A DNA stretch of 64,000 nucleotides from Candidatus Bathyarchaeota archaeon (GTDB lineage Archaea; Thermoproteota; Bathyarchaeia; Bathyarchaeales; DTEX01). How positions within the stretch are numbered: position 1 is the first letter of the stretch; the number at the start of each line of letters is the position of its first letter. The position numbers were made by a program, and so were the translations under genes. The stretch is taken from positions 15,198 to 79,197 of the forward strand of contig JAGTQB010000005.1 in NCBI GenBank assembly GCA_018396995.1, written 5' to 3'. This document shows, in pieces, positions 9,452 through 17,302 of this stretch. Under the pieces are notes generated by a model that was not told the origin of the DNA, did no database searches, and saw only the letters and a program-made list of their open reading frames with translations.

Positions 9452-9826
9452 ATGCCCAAACCATTTTATGTTAAGTTTGAGGTTCCGCCCGAGTTGGCTA
9501 ATGCGGCATATGAAGCAATATCAGTAGCTCATAGGACTGGGAAGGTTAAAAGGGGAACTAATGAGACAACGAAGGCTGTCGAGAGGGGGCTTGCTAAACT
9601 AGTGGTGATAGCCGAGGATGTTGACCCGCCTGAAGTCGTGGCCCATCTACCGCTACTATGCGATGAACGTAAGGTTCCATACGTCTACGTCCCCAGCAAG
9701 GCTAAGCTCGGCTCAGCAGCTGGCATAGAGGTTGCAGCGGCATCCGCATGCATAATTGATCCAGGCCAAGCGGCGGACCTAGTAAAGGAGATTATAGAGA
9801 AGGTTCAGAAGATTAGGGGTGGTTAA
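9452..9826 (+). CDS. rpl7ae: 50S ribosomal protein L7Ae (K-turn binding protein)
   Basis: 124 aa with [12 protein letters not shown]...[21 protein letters not shown], the canonical L7Ae pattern. Confidence 0.95.
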   Translation: MPKPFYVKFEVPPELANAAYEAISVAHRTGKVKRGTNETTKAVERGLAKLVVIAEDVDPPEVVAHLPLLCDERKVPYVYVPSKAKLGSAAGIEVAAASACIIDPGQAADLVKEIIEKVQKIRGG

Positions 9827-9831
9827 AGCCT

Positions 9832-10071
9832 TTGAGTAAGAAGGCTACACGTGAGGCTGAGAGGGAGGCTGAGGGTCCGCCAACCCCAGCGGAGGTAATT
9901 CAGATTATTGGACGAACAGGAGTGACTGGCGAGATAGAGCAGGTTAGGGTTAGAATACTTGAGGGTCCGGATAAAGGGAGAATACTTACGAGGAATGTTA
10001 AGGGCCCTGTTAGGCTCGGCGATATATTGATGCTCAGGGAGACTGAGAGGGAGGCGAGGAAAATAAAGTAG
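9832..10071 (+). CDS. rps28e: 30S ribosomal protein eS28
   Basis: [16 protein letters not shown]...[23 protein letters not shown]. It sits in the conserved L7Ae-S28e-L24e operon position. Confidence 0.9.
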   Translation: MSKKATREAEREAEGPPTPAEVIQIIGRTGVTGEIEQVRVRILEGPDKGRILTRNVKGPVRLGDILMLRETEREARKIK

Positions 10072-10146
10072 TAGACTAAGCCATAAAAAAGGCTAAGTTT
10101 ATTAGTTTGTGGGTTAATTAATGTTCTCCTTAAAGGGTTGGGGCTG

Positions 10147-10365
10147 ATGCCGAAACCTAGAAAATGCACATTTTGCGGCAGGGAATTTAACCCTGGAACT
10201 GGAATGATGTACGTTAATAATGATGGCTCAATATACTGGTTCTGCTCAAGCAAGTGTAGGAAGAATCAGCTTAAGCTTGGCCGCGATCCACGTAAGCTTA
10301 AGTGGACCGCATATTATGGTATGAAGGAGAGGGCTAAGGCTAAGAGGGAATTAATTTCCCGCTGA
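10147..10365 (+). CDS. rpl24e: 50S ribosomal protein eL24
   Basis: [23 protein letters not shown]...WFCSSKC zinc-ribbon L24e pattern. The ATG at 10147 is preferred over the TTG at 10138. Confidence 0.9.
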   Translation: MPKPRKCTFCGREFNPGTGMMYVNNDGSIYWFCSSKCRKNQLKLGRDPRKLKWTAYYGMKERAKAKRELISR

Positions 10366-10368
10366 TTG

Positions 10369-10788
10369 CTAGATATTCTCTATCCACCTCGCCCCCCTAT
10401 CCGTTATCTCTTTCTTCCATATGGGGGCTTCCCTTTTAAGTCTCTCTACGATCTCTATTGCCGCCTTAAACCCCTCCTCCCTATGTTTCGATGCTACAAG
10501 AACATATACGATATCCTCGCCAACATTAACTTGGCCGATCCTATGCTCAACCACTGCGTCAATTATACCATATTTATCCCTTAAATCCCCTATTATCTTC
10601 TCAAGCGTCTTGACAGCTACCTCTTCATAGGCGTCATATTCTAGTCTTAAAACTCTCCCCCCGTCATTACCAATGCCCCTCGCGGAGCCGACGAAGATTA
10701 TAACGGCGCCTACCTCCTCAGAGACCCCTTTAATCTCGCTTAATAGGGTTTTTATATCATCGAGCTTCTCTGAGACCTTAACCTTCAT
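10369..10788 (-). CDS. moaE: Molybdopterin synthase catalytic subunit MoaE
   Basis: GAVIIFVGSARG, VEHRIGQVNVGE, VASKHREEGF and APIWKKE match MoaE. Its ATG overlaps the moaD stop (ATGA). Confidence 0.85.
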   Translation of the reverse strand: MKVKVSEKLDDIKTLLSEIKGVSEEVGAVIIFVGSARGIGNDGGRVLRLEYDAYEEVAVKTLEKIIGDLRDKYGIIDAVVEHRIGQVNVGEDIVYVLVASKHREEGFKAAIEIVERLKREAPIWKKEITDRGARWIENI

Positions 10789-11093
10789 CCCCCGCCACCC
10801 CCAACTGGTGGTAGAATGGCGACCTCGTCTCCATCCTTAAGCCTATACGCCATGCTGCATGAAATTCCATTAACGTATATTTGATAGTTGCTTCTCACCA
10901 CGATCCCTTCACGGCCCCTGTCCTCAGCCTGAAACATCGTCCTCATCCACTTGCCAGCTATATTTCCATGCCTGCTAGGTATATGTTTCATGAGGAGATC
11001 CTCCAATGTGGAGTCCCCTACCTCATACTCCTCCTCCCTAACACCCATGAGCTCACGTATCCTTCCAAAATACTTAACTCTAACCCTAACCAT
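10785..11093 (-). CDS. moaD: MoaD/ThiS-family ubiquitin-like sulfur carrier
   Basis: 102 aa with beta-grasp-like VRVKYFGRIRE...DGDEVAILPPVGGGGG and a glycine C-terminus, translationally coupled to moaE. Confidence 0.7.
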   Translation of the reverse strand: MVRVRVKYFGRIRELMGVREEEYEVGDSTLEDLLMKHIPSRHGNIAGKWMRTMFQAEDRGREGIVVRSNYQIYVNGISCSMAYRLKDGDEVAILPPVGGGGG

Positions 11094-11187
11094 GATGCCT
11101 CAACAAGCCTTTATAACTCCAACCTAAAAATAATATTTGCTGTTTTTGAGAATTCTGCTGAACTTTTATAATGCCTTCAGGTTAGCA

Positions 11188-11817
11188 TTAACGGGCTTTT
11201 TTACGCTGCCTCTCAATATTTTTTAGGCGGGCTTGTAGTATAGCGATCTTAGTCTTAGATATCTTCTTCCCCCTCCATCTCCCAGCCCTAACCTTGAAGG
11301 CTAGGGCCTTAAACGATGGGCTCACACCCTCCAGTTCCCTCCCCTCTTTAAACCTCTCCACCCTGCTCTCCCTAACAAACTTCACCCTCTCACCAACGAG
11401 ATCCACCTCCCTCACAGCCCATCCCACCGTGAGCCATGCCTCTGACGGCATCCGTCCCCTAACATTGCTCCACCAGCTCCTCCTCACCCTAGCAGAATCC
11501 GGAAGCCTATCCCCAATAATCTCCTCTATCTCGTGGAAGGTGAGGGTTACTTCGTTTAGGGCCTTGGGTCTCCTCGCTAGATACTCGGCGAGCTTCATGT
11601 ACTTGCTCCTCCGGGCTCTTGGCGACACCATCTTGACGGCGCACCTTAAGCATATTGCCCTGTCATCATCAAGTAGAATGCAGTTTCCGCAGTAAGCTAG
11701 CCCGCAGAGACTGCATGTGTAGAGGATACTTCTCGGATATGTCCCTTGACAGAGTGCGCAGATATTTCCAACCTGAATAATCTTCCTCCCCACCATCCAA
11801 GCCTCCAAGCCGCTCAT
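11188..11817 (-). CDS. Cys-rich zinc-finger protein with a C-terminal WWxN...GW domain, function unknown
   Basis: Four CxxC pairs in the first 60 aa (CALC...CSLC...CGNC...CLRC), then LTFHEIEEIIGDRLPDSARVRRSWWSN...AWLTVGWAV, then a basic tail. Its start overlaps the hypB-like stop by 4 nt. Confidence 0.5.
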   Translation of the reverse strand: MSGLEAWMVGRKIIQVGNICALCQGTYPRSILYTCSLCGLAYCGNCILLDDDRAICLRCAVKMVSPRARRSKYMKLAEYLARRPKALNEVTLTFHEIEEIIGDRLPDSARVRRSWWSNVRGRMPSEAWLTVGWAVREVDLVGERVKFVRESRVERFKEGRELEGVSPSFKALAFKVRAGRWRGKKISKTKIAILQARLKNIERQRKKAR

Positions 11818-12485
11818 GTCTTCAAGTACACTATTTTTCTCAGTATGGCCCCAACCTCTGCTGCGAACCTAGTATTGAGGAGGTTATCCAGCCTTCCGAG
11901 ACTCTCCTCCAACCTCATATCGTAGCCTATCCCCCCAAGATATCTCTCCCCGAGGGTCTCGACCTCCCGCTTAATATGCTCCGTATCGCTGAACCTCATG
12001 TTCTCGATAACCCCTAAGACTGGTGCACCCAAATCTTTGAGGAGCATAATAAGTTTCCTAACAGTCTCAAAGGCCATCTTGGATGGGGTTGTCACTATTA
12101 GGTACTCGGCTCTCCTAACATACTTTAACATATCGAGCATGAGGTCGCTTATTCCCGGAGGCATGTCCACTATTAAGGCGTCCAGCTTACCCCAAATAGT
12201 GTACGCAAGCGTTTCGAGAAGGATATTTGTGAGCTCTTGACCCCTTAAGGGTAGCGCCCTGCCGCCAAGATAGAATGCTAGGGACATATACTTTAAGCCA
12301 TATACCTCAGGGGGTACTATCCCCTTCTCCTCGATTGGCTTGAGGCCGCCAGCATTTAGGACGACGTGGGTTGTTGGACTCGTGAAGTCTACGTCAAATA
12401 GCCCAACCCTAAATTTATCCCTTGCCAGTAGTAGGGCCATTGTTGTGGCTATTAAGCTCTTCCCAACACCGCCCTTACCACTCAC
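11814..12485 (-). CDS. Mrp/MinD-type P-loop ATPase (ATP-type HypB-like); the true N-terminus is probably upstream of 12485
   Basis: The deviant Walker A SGKGGVGKS sits at the very start of the called ORF (GTG 12485). Its position between hypA and hypE fits the Mrp/MinD-type HypB described in Thermococcales. Confidence 0.75.
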   Translation of the reverse strand: MSGKGGVGKSLIATTMALLLARDKFRVGLFDVDFTSPTTHVVLNAGGLKPIEEKGIVPPEVYGLKYMSLAFYLGGRALPLRGQELTNILLETLAYTIWGKLDALIVDMPPGISDLMLDMLKYVRRAEYLIVTTPSKMAFETVRKLIMLLKDLGAPVLGVIENMRFSDTEHIKREVETLGERYLGGIGYDMRLEESLGRLDNLLNTRFAAEVGAILRKIVYLKT

Positions 12486-12550
12486 AACAGCTATTATTCT
12501 ATCGACACCACTCAGCCTACTGTTTATGGCGTTTAGCCTTGGGTCTAACG

Positions 12551-12949
12551 TTACCCCTCACCCCTCACGCTCGCTATCCAGACCCCCCTACCCCCGGAGA
12601 GATCGAAGTCTGGGCTCCCGCAGGCGGGGCACCTGACATATGCGTGGGAGGTCTCTGGAATAAAATGTATGATCTCCCTAACTTCCTCCGGTAGATTAGT
12701 TCCTCTGAAAGGCCACTTGTATCCACATGCCCTGCAAGTGAACACAGCCCTCTCAGTTCTGATAATGAACTTTGCTCCAGCGAGCTTACCCTGCTTGAGC
12801 TGCTCTATGGCGAACCTAAGTATATTCCGGTCAACCTGCTGGAGTTCCCCAATAACAACCACTACGCTATTAACCTCTCTGAGTTTCTCCCTCTCAGCCA
12901 CATCTGAGACGGCTGAGATAATGGCCTCGGCCAGAGCCCACTCATGCAT
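12551..12949 (-). CDS. hypA: Hydrogenase nickel incorporation protein HypA
   Basis: MHEWALA N-terminal Ni-binding motif plus the zinc site CRAC...CPAC. Confidence 0.9.
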   Translation of the reverse strand: MHEWALAEAIISAVSDVAEREKLREVNSVVVVIGELQQVDRNILRFAIEQLKQGKLAGAKFIIRTERAVFTCRACGYKWPFRGTNLPEEVREIIHFIPETSHAYVRCPACGSPDFDLSGGRGVWIASVRGEG

Positions 12950-13015
12950 AAGAAAACTTGATTACCAATCAAATTAAATACTTTATGTGTCCACAAAACT
13001 CTGGGGGCGCATGGA

Positions 13016-14089
13016 TTGGCTGCCAGCGGAGAATATGTAACGATGCTTTATGGTGCAGGCGGCTCAGTAATGCATGACTTTATAAAGAAATATATCTTAA
13101 GGTTCTTCGGGGACCTAGAAGCTCCCGAGGCACATGTATCCCTAAGAGCCCTCGATGATGCAGCGGTTATAGGCGACATAGTACTTAAAAGTGACTCACA
13201 TGCAGTTAAGCCAATATTCTTCCCTGGCGGAGATATTGGCCGCCTAGCTATCTCGGGAACCGTTAATGATATTGCCGTTATGGGCGCACAGCCCGCGGCC
13301 CTCGCATGTGGGCTAATCCTGGAGGAGGGCTTATCATTAAGGGATCTTGAGCGGATACTGGCTAGCATGCGTGAGACATGCATTGAAGCTGGCGTTGCGA
13401 TAGTCACCGGTGACACAAAGGTTGTTGAAAGGGGTGGCCTTGGAGGCTGTGTGATAAACACGTCGGGGATAGGCTTTAGGACGGAGAACCTTGAGAAAAA
13501 CATCAATGTTGTTAGAAAGTATAGGTCGGATTTAAGGTGTAGGTGGATACTTGACTCAAACCTCAAGCCCGGAGACAAGATAATTGTCTCCGGAACTATA
13601 GGGGACCATGGAATAGCCATCCTATCGGCGCAGGAGGGATTAGACTTTGGAGGCGACATTAGGTCTGATATTAGGCCCCTGAACAAGATGATACAGCGCA
13701 TGCTTGGAGAGGTTGGTGGAGTGGTTTCGATGAAGGATCCTACTAGGGGTGGCTTAGCAGACGCACTGAACGAGTTTTCGGAGAAATCTGGCGTTGGAAT
13801 AATGATTTATGAGGATAAGATTCCAATACGTGAGCCAGTTAGGGCTGCATGCGAGATGCTTGGGTTAGATCCGCTTGAGATTGGCAATGAGGGTAAGGTC
13901 GTTATCGGCGCTGTTAAGGAGAAAGCTGAGGAGATTCTGGATTTTCTTAGGGGGACAAATGAGGGAAGGAATGCGGAGATAATTGGCGAGGTAACGGATG
14001 AGTTTAAGGTCGTCGTCATGGAGACGATCATTGGCGGTAAAAGGATTATACCCAGACCGATTGGCGACCCAATACCGAGGATATGCTAG
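13016..14089 (+). CDS. hypE: Hydrogenase maturation protein HypE
   Basis: PurM-like fold motifs (DDAAVI, GTVNDIAVMGA) and the diagnostic C-terminal PRIC. Confidence 0.9.
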   Translation: MAASGEYVTMLYGAGGSVMHDFIKKYILRFFGDLEAPEAHVSLRALDDAAVIGDIVLKSDSHAVKPIFFPGGDIGRLAISGTVNDIAVMGAQPAALACGLILEEGLSLRDLERILASMRETCIEAGVAIVTGDTKVVERGGLGGCVINTSGIGFRTENLEKNINVVRKYRSDLRCRWILDSNLKPGDKIIVSGTIGDHGIAILSAQEGLDFGGDIRSDIRPLNKMIQRMLGEVGGVVSMKDPTRGGLADALNEFSEKSGVGIMIYEDKIPIREPVRAACEMLGLDPLEIGNEGKVVIGAVKEKAEEILDFLRGTNEGRNAEIIGEVTDEFKVVVMETIIGGKRIIPRPIGDPIPRIC

Positions 14090-14164
14090 TTAATCCCCAT
14101 AATTAATGAGGATTAACTAAATGCGATAGGTCAGAGGCCAAAAAGCTCTCCATGTAGCTTGACC

Positions 14165-14567
14165 CCTTCTCATCAAGTTTGAGGGGGACAGACTCGGGAT
14201 ATTCGTTAAGCCTAGGAAGTTCCTATACATCCAGCTGAAGTTTGGTGATTATCAAGAGAAGTTCATTGAAGAATGGAGATCTGGAAAGTTGAGAGTGGGA
14301 GAGATATCCATAAATGAAAACAAGGTCTTAGTCCCATTTAGGAAAGATGTTGGTTTGTCGAATCCTGATGATTGGATAGCAATAGATATTAATGAGTCAA
14401 ACGTTACGGCAGTAAGCTCCAACCCGCACATCTTAAGAATTGAAAACAACCTTAGAACAATCCATACAACCTACTCTAACATTATCAGGAGAATCCAAAA
14501 ATTGAAGAAGTCTAAGCCCAAGACTGCTGAGAGGTTGCTTAAGAAACACTCTAGTAGAAGACGATGA
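14165..14567 (+). pseudogene. TnpB relic (central fragment including the RuvC-I region)
   Basis: The translation is DPLLIKFEGDRLGIFVKPRKFLYIQLKFGDYQEKFIEEWRSGKLRVGEISINENKVLVPF...WIAIDINESN. It is a paralog of the relic at 27368-27929 and is truncated at both ends. Confidence 0.6.
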
Positions 14568-14584
14568 ATTTAAAGAGGTGGAAC

Positions 14585-14610
14585 GGATAGTTATAAAAAG
14601 TTAACTATCC
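14585..14610. repeat. Perfect 9-bp stem hairpin (GGATAGTTA / TAACTATCC, 8-nt loop)
   Basis: Read directly from the sequence. It lies between the TnpB relic end and the next gene, and its loop and stem contain a TATA-like TTATAAAAAG. Confidence 0.5.
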
Positions 14611-14636
14611 GACAACGGTAGGCTTCCAGTGGTGGA

Positions 14637-16337
14637 ATGCGGCGTTTCAAGGTGTCCCTTATTTTAGACTTTTCACAAATTATCGTCTTGGTGGTGCCTG
14701 TGAGGTTAAGAGCCTTAAGCCTAACAATGGTTGTCCTAATAATAGTATTGGCTTCAGCAGCTGTTCAGGTGGCATTGGCCCTGCCAGCAGCCTCGGAGCT
14801 TAGGTTGGAGAATAAGGCGAGGGCCATGATAAATGTCGCTGCCAAGGCTGAGACTAGGGTTAAAGCTCTTGTGGAGATGATTGAGGGGAATGAAAGCATT
14901 ATGGAGGCTATTGAGGGTGCTGGGCTCTTTGAATCATATAATGAAATGAAGCTCCTCATAGATCGGGGCTCAGATCTCCTGAAGGAGGCTCACGATTCAT
15001 TTGGGGCTAGAGATTATGCTGGCGCAATTCAAAAGGCTGCTGACGCCATGAGACTATTCAGGGAGGCCTACACAGGAATCCACAGGATTCTCTGCGAGTC
15101 TGGTTTAACCCCGTTTTCAGAGGCACCGGAACTTAAAGCTCAGGGCCTATTGGTAGCCGCTAACAGATCGCTTGAGAGAATTATGCGCATCAGGTCTCTG
15201 CCAAATGCCTCTGAGGTTGAGGATCTTCTCGTGGAGGCGGAGGACCTATTAAATGGAATAGCATCCCTCCTAGATCAGGGGAACGTTTCAGCGGCGGCTC
15301 ATAATTTAGCTGAGGCAAATAAGCTTATAGCTGAAGCCTTTATCCGCCTAAGAAATAGGGCTGAGAGGACTATTCGTGTTAGGGCTGAGGGTTTCCTATT
15401 AAAATTCGAGCGGATCCGGGAAGAGTTCGCTAGGAGAATTAGGGAGGAAGTGGCTAGGAGGATTAGGGAAGAGGGCTTAAATGAGATGGAGATCCTTGAG
15501 GGGCTAAGTCTCGGAAACCTCAGCCAAACCATACAGAGCCTGCTTGAAATTGTTAGGGAGACGGAGCTCGAGAGAATAAAGGACGTTATTAGGGATATTG
15601 TTGAGGATCTAAGGGAGATAGGTAAGATAATTAGGAGTGTTAAAGAGATAGCTGCTGAGAAGTTTTTGAGGATGGTGAAGGTTGGAGATATACTTGCGAA
15701 TGCCTCAGCCCTTGAAGGGAAGATTGTGATCGTTAGGGGGATGTACTGTGGGCAGGATCCTCCTGAAGGTATTCCAGGGCCTTCAGGGGAGCCGCCTAAA
15801 AAGAATTGGTGGATAATTTCTGATGAAACTGGCTGGATTTACGTTGTTGGAGAGCCCCTTATAAGAGTTATGTATAGGCCGTTGGCTAATAGGGGTGTAG
15901 GGGTCACCGTTGTCGGTAGGGTTTTTCTTGAAGAAGATACGCCGTACATAAAGGCTATGATGGTTGCTCCATCCCCCACACCGCCGGCAACACCGAGTGA
16001 CGTGTTAAGGCTGACAATTAAAGTGGATGTGGATGGAAGAGACTGCTTGATTAAAGTTACAGTTGAGAATATTGGCGATGAGACGATAGTCTTCCCAAAC
16101 GCCGCCTATGGAGCTATTGTTGAGAGGAAGGTTGCGGGCTTCTGGATCGTCATTTACGAGCCGATATCCGCTCAGGCTCTAGTAGAGATGGAGCCCGGGG
16201 AGAGCAGAACCATCACACTTCAGCTTAAGCGTCCAATAATACAGCTGGCCCATGGAACATATAGAGTTACCGTGAGAGGCTGGCTTAAGGAGAGCAAAAT
16301 GCCAGTGGTGGCCTCAGCAGAGTTCACAATACCATAA
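14637..16337 (+). CDS. Secreted or membrane-anchored modular protein (helical region + beta domains), function unknown
   Basis: It has a hydrophobic N-terminus ending AVQVALALPAAS and about 300 aa that look helical, with the tandem EFARRIREE/VARRIREE. A PTPPATPS linker follows, then a C-terminal beta-sandwich-like domain (IKVTVENIGDETIVF). Confidence 0.5.
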   Translation: MRRFKVSLILDFSQIIVLVVPVRLRALSLTMVVLIIVLASAAVQVALALPAASELRLENKARAMINVAAKAETRVKALVEMIEGNESIMEAIEGAGLFESYNEMKLLIDRGSDLLKEAHDSFGARDYAGAIQKAADAMRLFREAYTGIHRILCESGLTPFSEAPELKAQGLLVAANRSLERIMRIRSLPNASEVEDLLVEAEDLLNGIASLLDQGNVSAAAHNLAEANKLIAEAFIRLRNRAERTIRVRAEGFLLKFERIREEFARRIREEVARRIREEGLNEMEILEGLSLGNLSQTIQSLLEIVRETELERIKDVIRDIVEDLREIGKIIRSVKEIAAEKFLRMVKVGDILANASALEGKIVIVRGMYCGQDPPEGIPGPSGEPPKKNWWIISDETGWIYVVGEPLIRVMYRPLANRGVGVTVVGRVFLEEDTPYIKAMMVAPSPTPPATPSDVLRLTIKVDVDGRDCLIKVTVENIGDETIVFPNAAYGAIVERKVAGFWIVIYEPISAQALVEMEPGESRTITLQLKRPIIQLAHGTYRVTVRGWLKESKMPVVASAEFTIP

Positions 16338-16432
16338 GTTAAAATGCTTTAAACAACCTATTTTTCCTCCAAATAACCTGTGTCCATTTTTTTGAAGACT
16401 ATGAATCCAGTATTAAGCCTACCAATAGTAGT

Positions 16433-16549
16433 GTTGAAGTTATTGGAAATATGCTTAGGGTTAACATAGACAATTGGCAACCGCTCAAGCTTAGCCTTTT
16501 AGTCCCATTTAAAGTCTCGGAGAGCAGCTTGAATCTTATAAGCCTATAA
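16433..16549 (+). pseudogene. Possible short TnpB-like remnant
   Basis: The translation VEVIGNMLRVNIDNWQPLKLSLLVPFKVS weakly resembles the ...LRISVKPRKF...VLIPFK segment of the other relics. This is weak evidence. Confidence 0.2.
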
Positions 16550-16551
16550 TT

Positions 16552-17019
16552 GCTGCTGTGGCCCGCTTATCCAGAAGCCGAGCCTGAGACCAGTAATACC
16601 ATGTTGATCTCTTAGGAATCCTCCGAGAATTGGCATGAATGCGTGTGGTAGGTGCTTGGCTATATCGACTATAAAGGATATTGTGAAGAACCGCGTGAGC
16701 TGCTCGTCTAAAAGGGCTGTGAGGAGGAGTTCTGGTGTGTTAGGGCTGAGGCATACATGATTTGGGCAGCTCCGAGGAAAATAGTTCCAGCGCCTATTGG
16801 AATAGTCCTGCCTAAGGTGTCGCCAAGGTATCCGCTTATAATCAGGGCTATATATAGGTAGAGCTCCGGAGGGATATGATGAGCCCAGGGGACAAGGCTT
16901 CTCCAGTTAAACTATAAATGTATTCGGGAAAGGTAGGGGTATGTTAGCCCGAAAGATAAGCTTAACAGGAAGCTCGTGAGCAACATAATCTTGGTGTTTA
17001 AGTGGAGTTTCCTCAGCAT
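16552..17019 (-). pseudogene. MFS transporter remnant (in-frame stop, frameshift, truncated)
   Basis: Read from ATG 17019 on the minus strand: MLRKLHLNTKIMLLTSFLLSLSFGLTYPYLSRIHL*FNW...LYIALIISGYLGDTLGRTIPIGAGTIFLGAAQIMYA. A frame change follows to ...FMPILGGFLRDQHGITGLRLGFWISG. No ORF of 60 aa or more survives in this ~1 kb. Confidence 0.55.
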
Positions 17020-17147
17020 ACCGCTTAGCCACTTACCTAAACAATCTTTAACCTAGCGAAAATTAAGCCTTAATATTTAACAGCACCATGTTGTGGACTC
17101 CAGTTCTGAATGATGAAAAACTAAAAGGCTTATTATTGCTTGTTTGA

Positions 17148-17214
17148 GGGATCAGGGATCAGCCAGCCTGTCATCCAATTAGGGCTGTCCACGCTTTCGA
17201 CCCTCATCATCCCC
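17148..17214 (-). ncRNA. Box C/D sRNA candidate
   Basis: Minus strand: GGGG-AUGAUGA(C)-GGGUCGAAAGCG(12 nt)-UGGA(D')-10 nt-UGGAUGA(C')-15 nt-CUGA(D)-UCCC. A 4-bp terminal stem is present. D' is degenerate and the second spacer is long. Confidence 0.45.
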
Positions 17215-17302
17215 AATAATATGCTTTCTCTCCAATAACTATAAACCCTTTATGGTTTAAGAATTCATTATGGAGATAGTGAATATTTTGTTTGTAGGGT
17301 TC

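Noticed and set aside
9237-9527. A 96-aa ORF between the methyltransferase and L7Ae, considered as a possible partner nuclease.
   Set aside because: It is too short, has no nuclease motif, overlaps the L7Ae start region and has an odd composition. It is more likely non-coding leader and promoter sequence.
10785-10800. The five-glycine C-terminus of the MoaD-like protein, considered as a possible unusual modifier tail.
   Set aside because: The protein still ends in Gly-Gly, as MoaD, ThiS and SAMP proteins require. The extra glycines are probably a trivial variation tied to the overlap with moaE.
13048-13701. A 217-aa minus-strand ORF, along with many other long antisense ORFs in the track (for example 645-896, 1891-2244, 5291-5719, 7149-7523, 28941-29336, 42162-42578, 56369-56761, 57485-57925).
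   Set aside because: Each lies entirely antisense to a gene with strong family motifs (hypE, rps2, mvk, GGPPS, gltX, tpiA, dapF/dapL, arlJ). Their Ser/Pro/Leu/Arg-rich, low-complexity translations are typical shadow ORFs.
17105-17165. A plus-strand box C (AAUGAUGA at 17110-17117) suggesting a second sRNA overlapping the 17148 candidate.
   Set aside because: No CUGA box D follows on the plus strand at a sensible distance. The only supporting elements (CUUA, UGAGGGA) are too degenerate.
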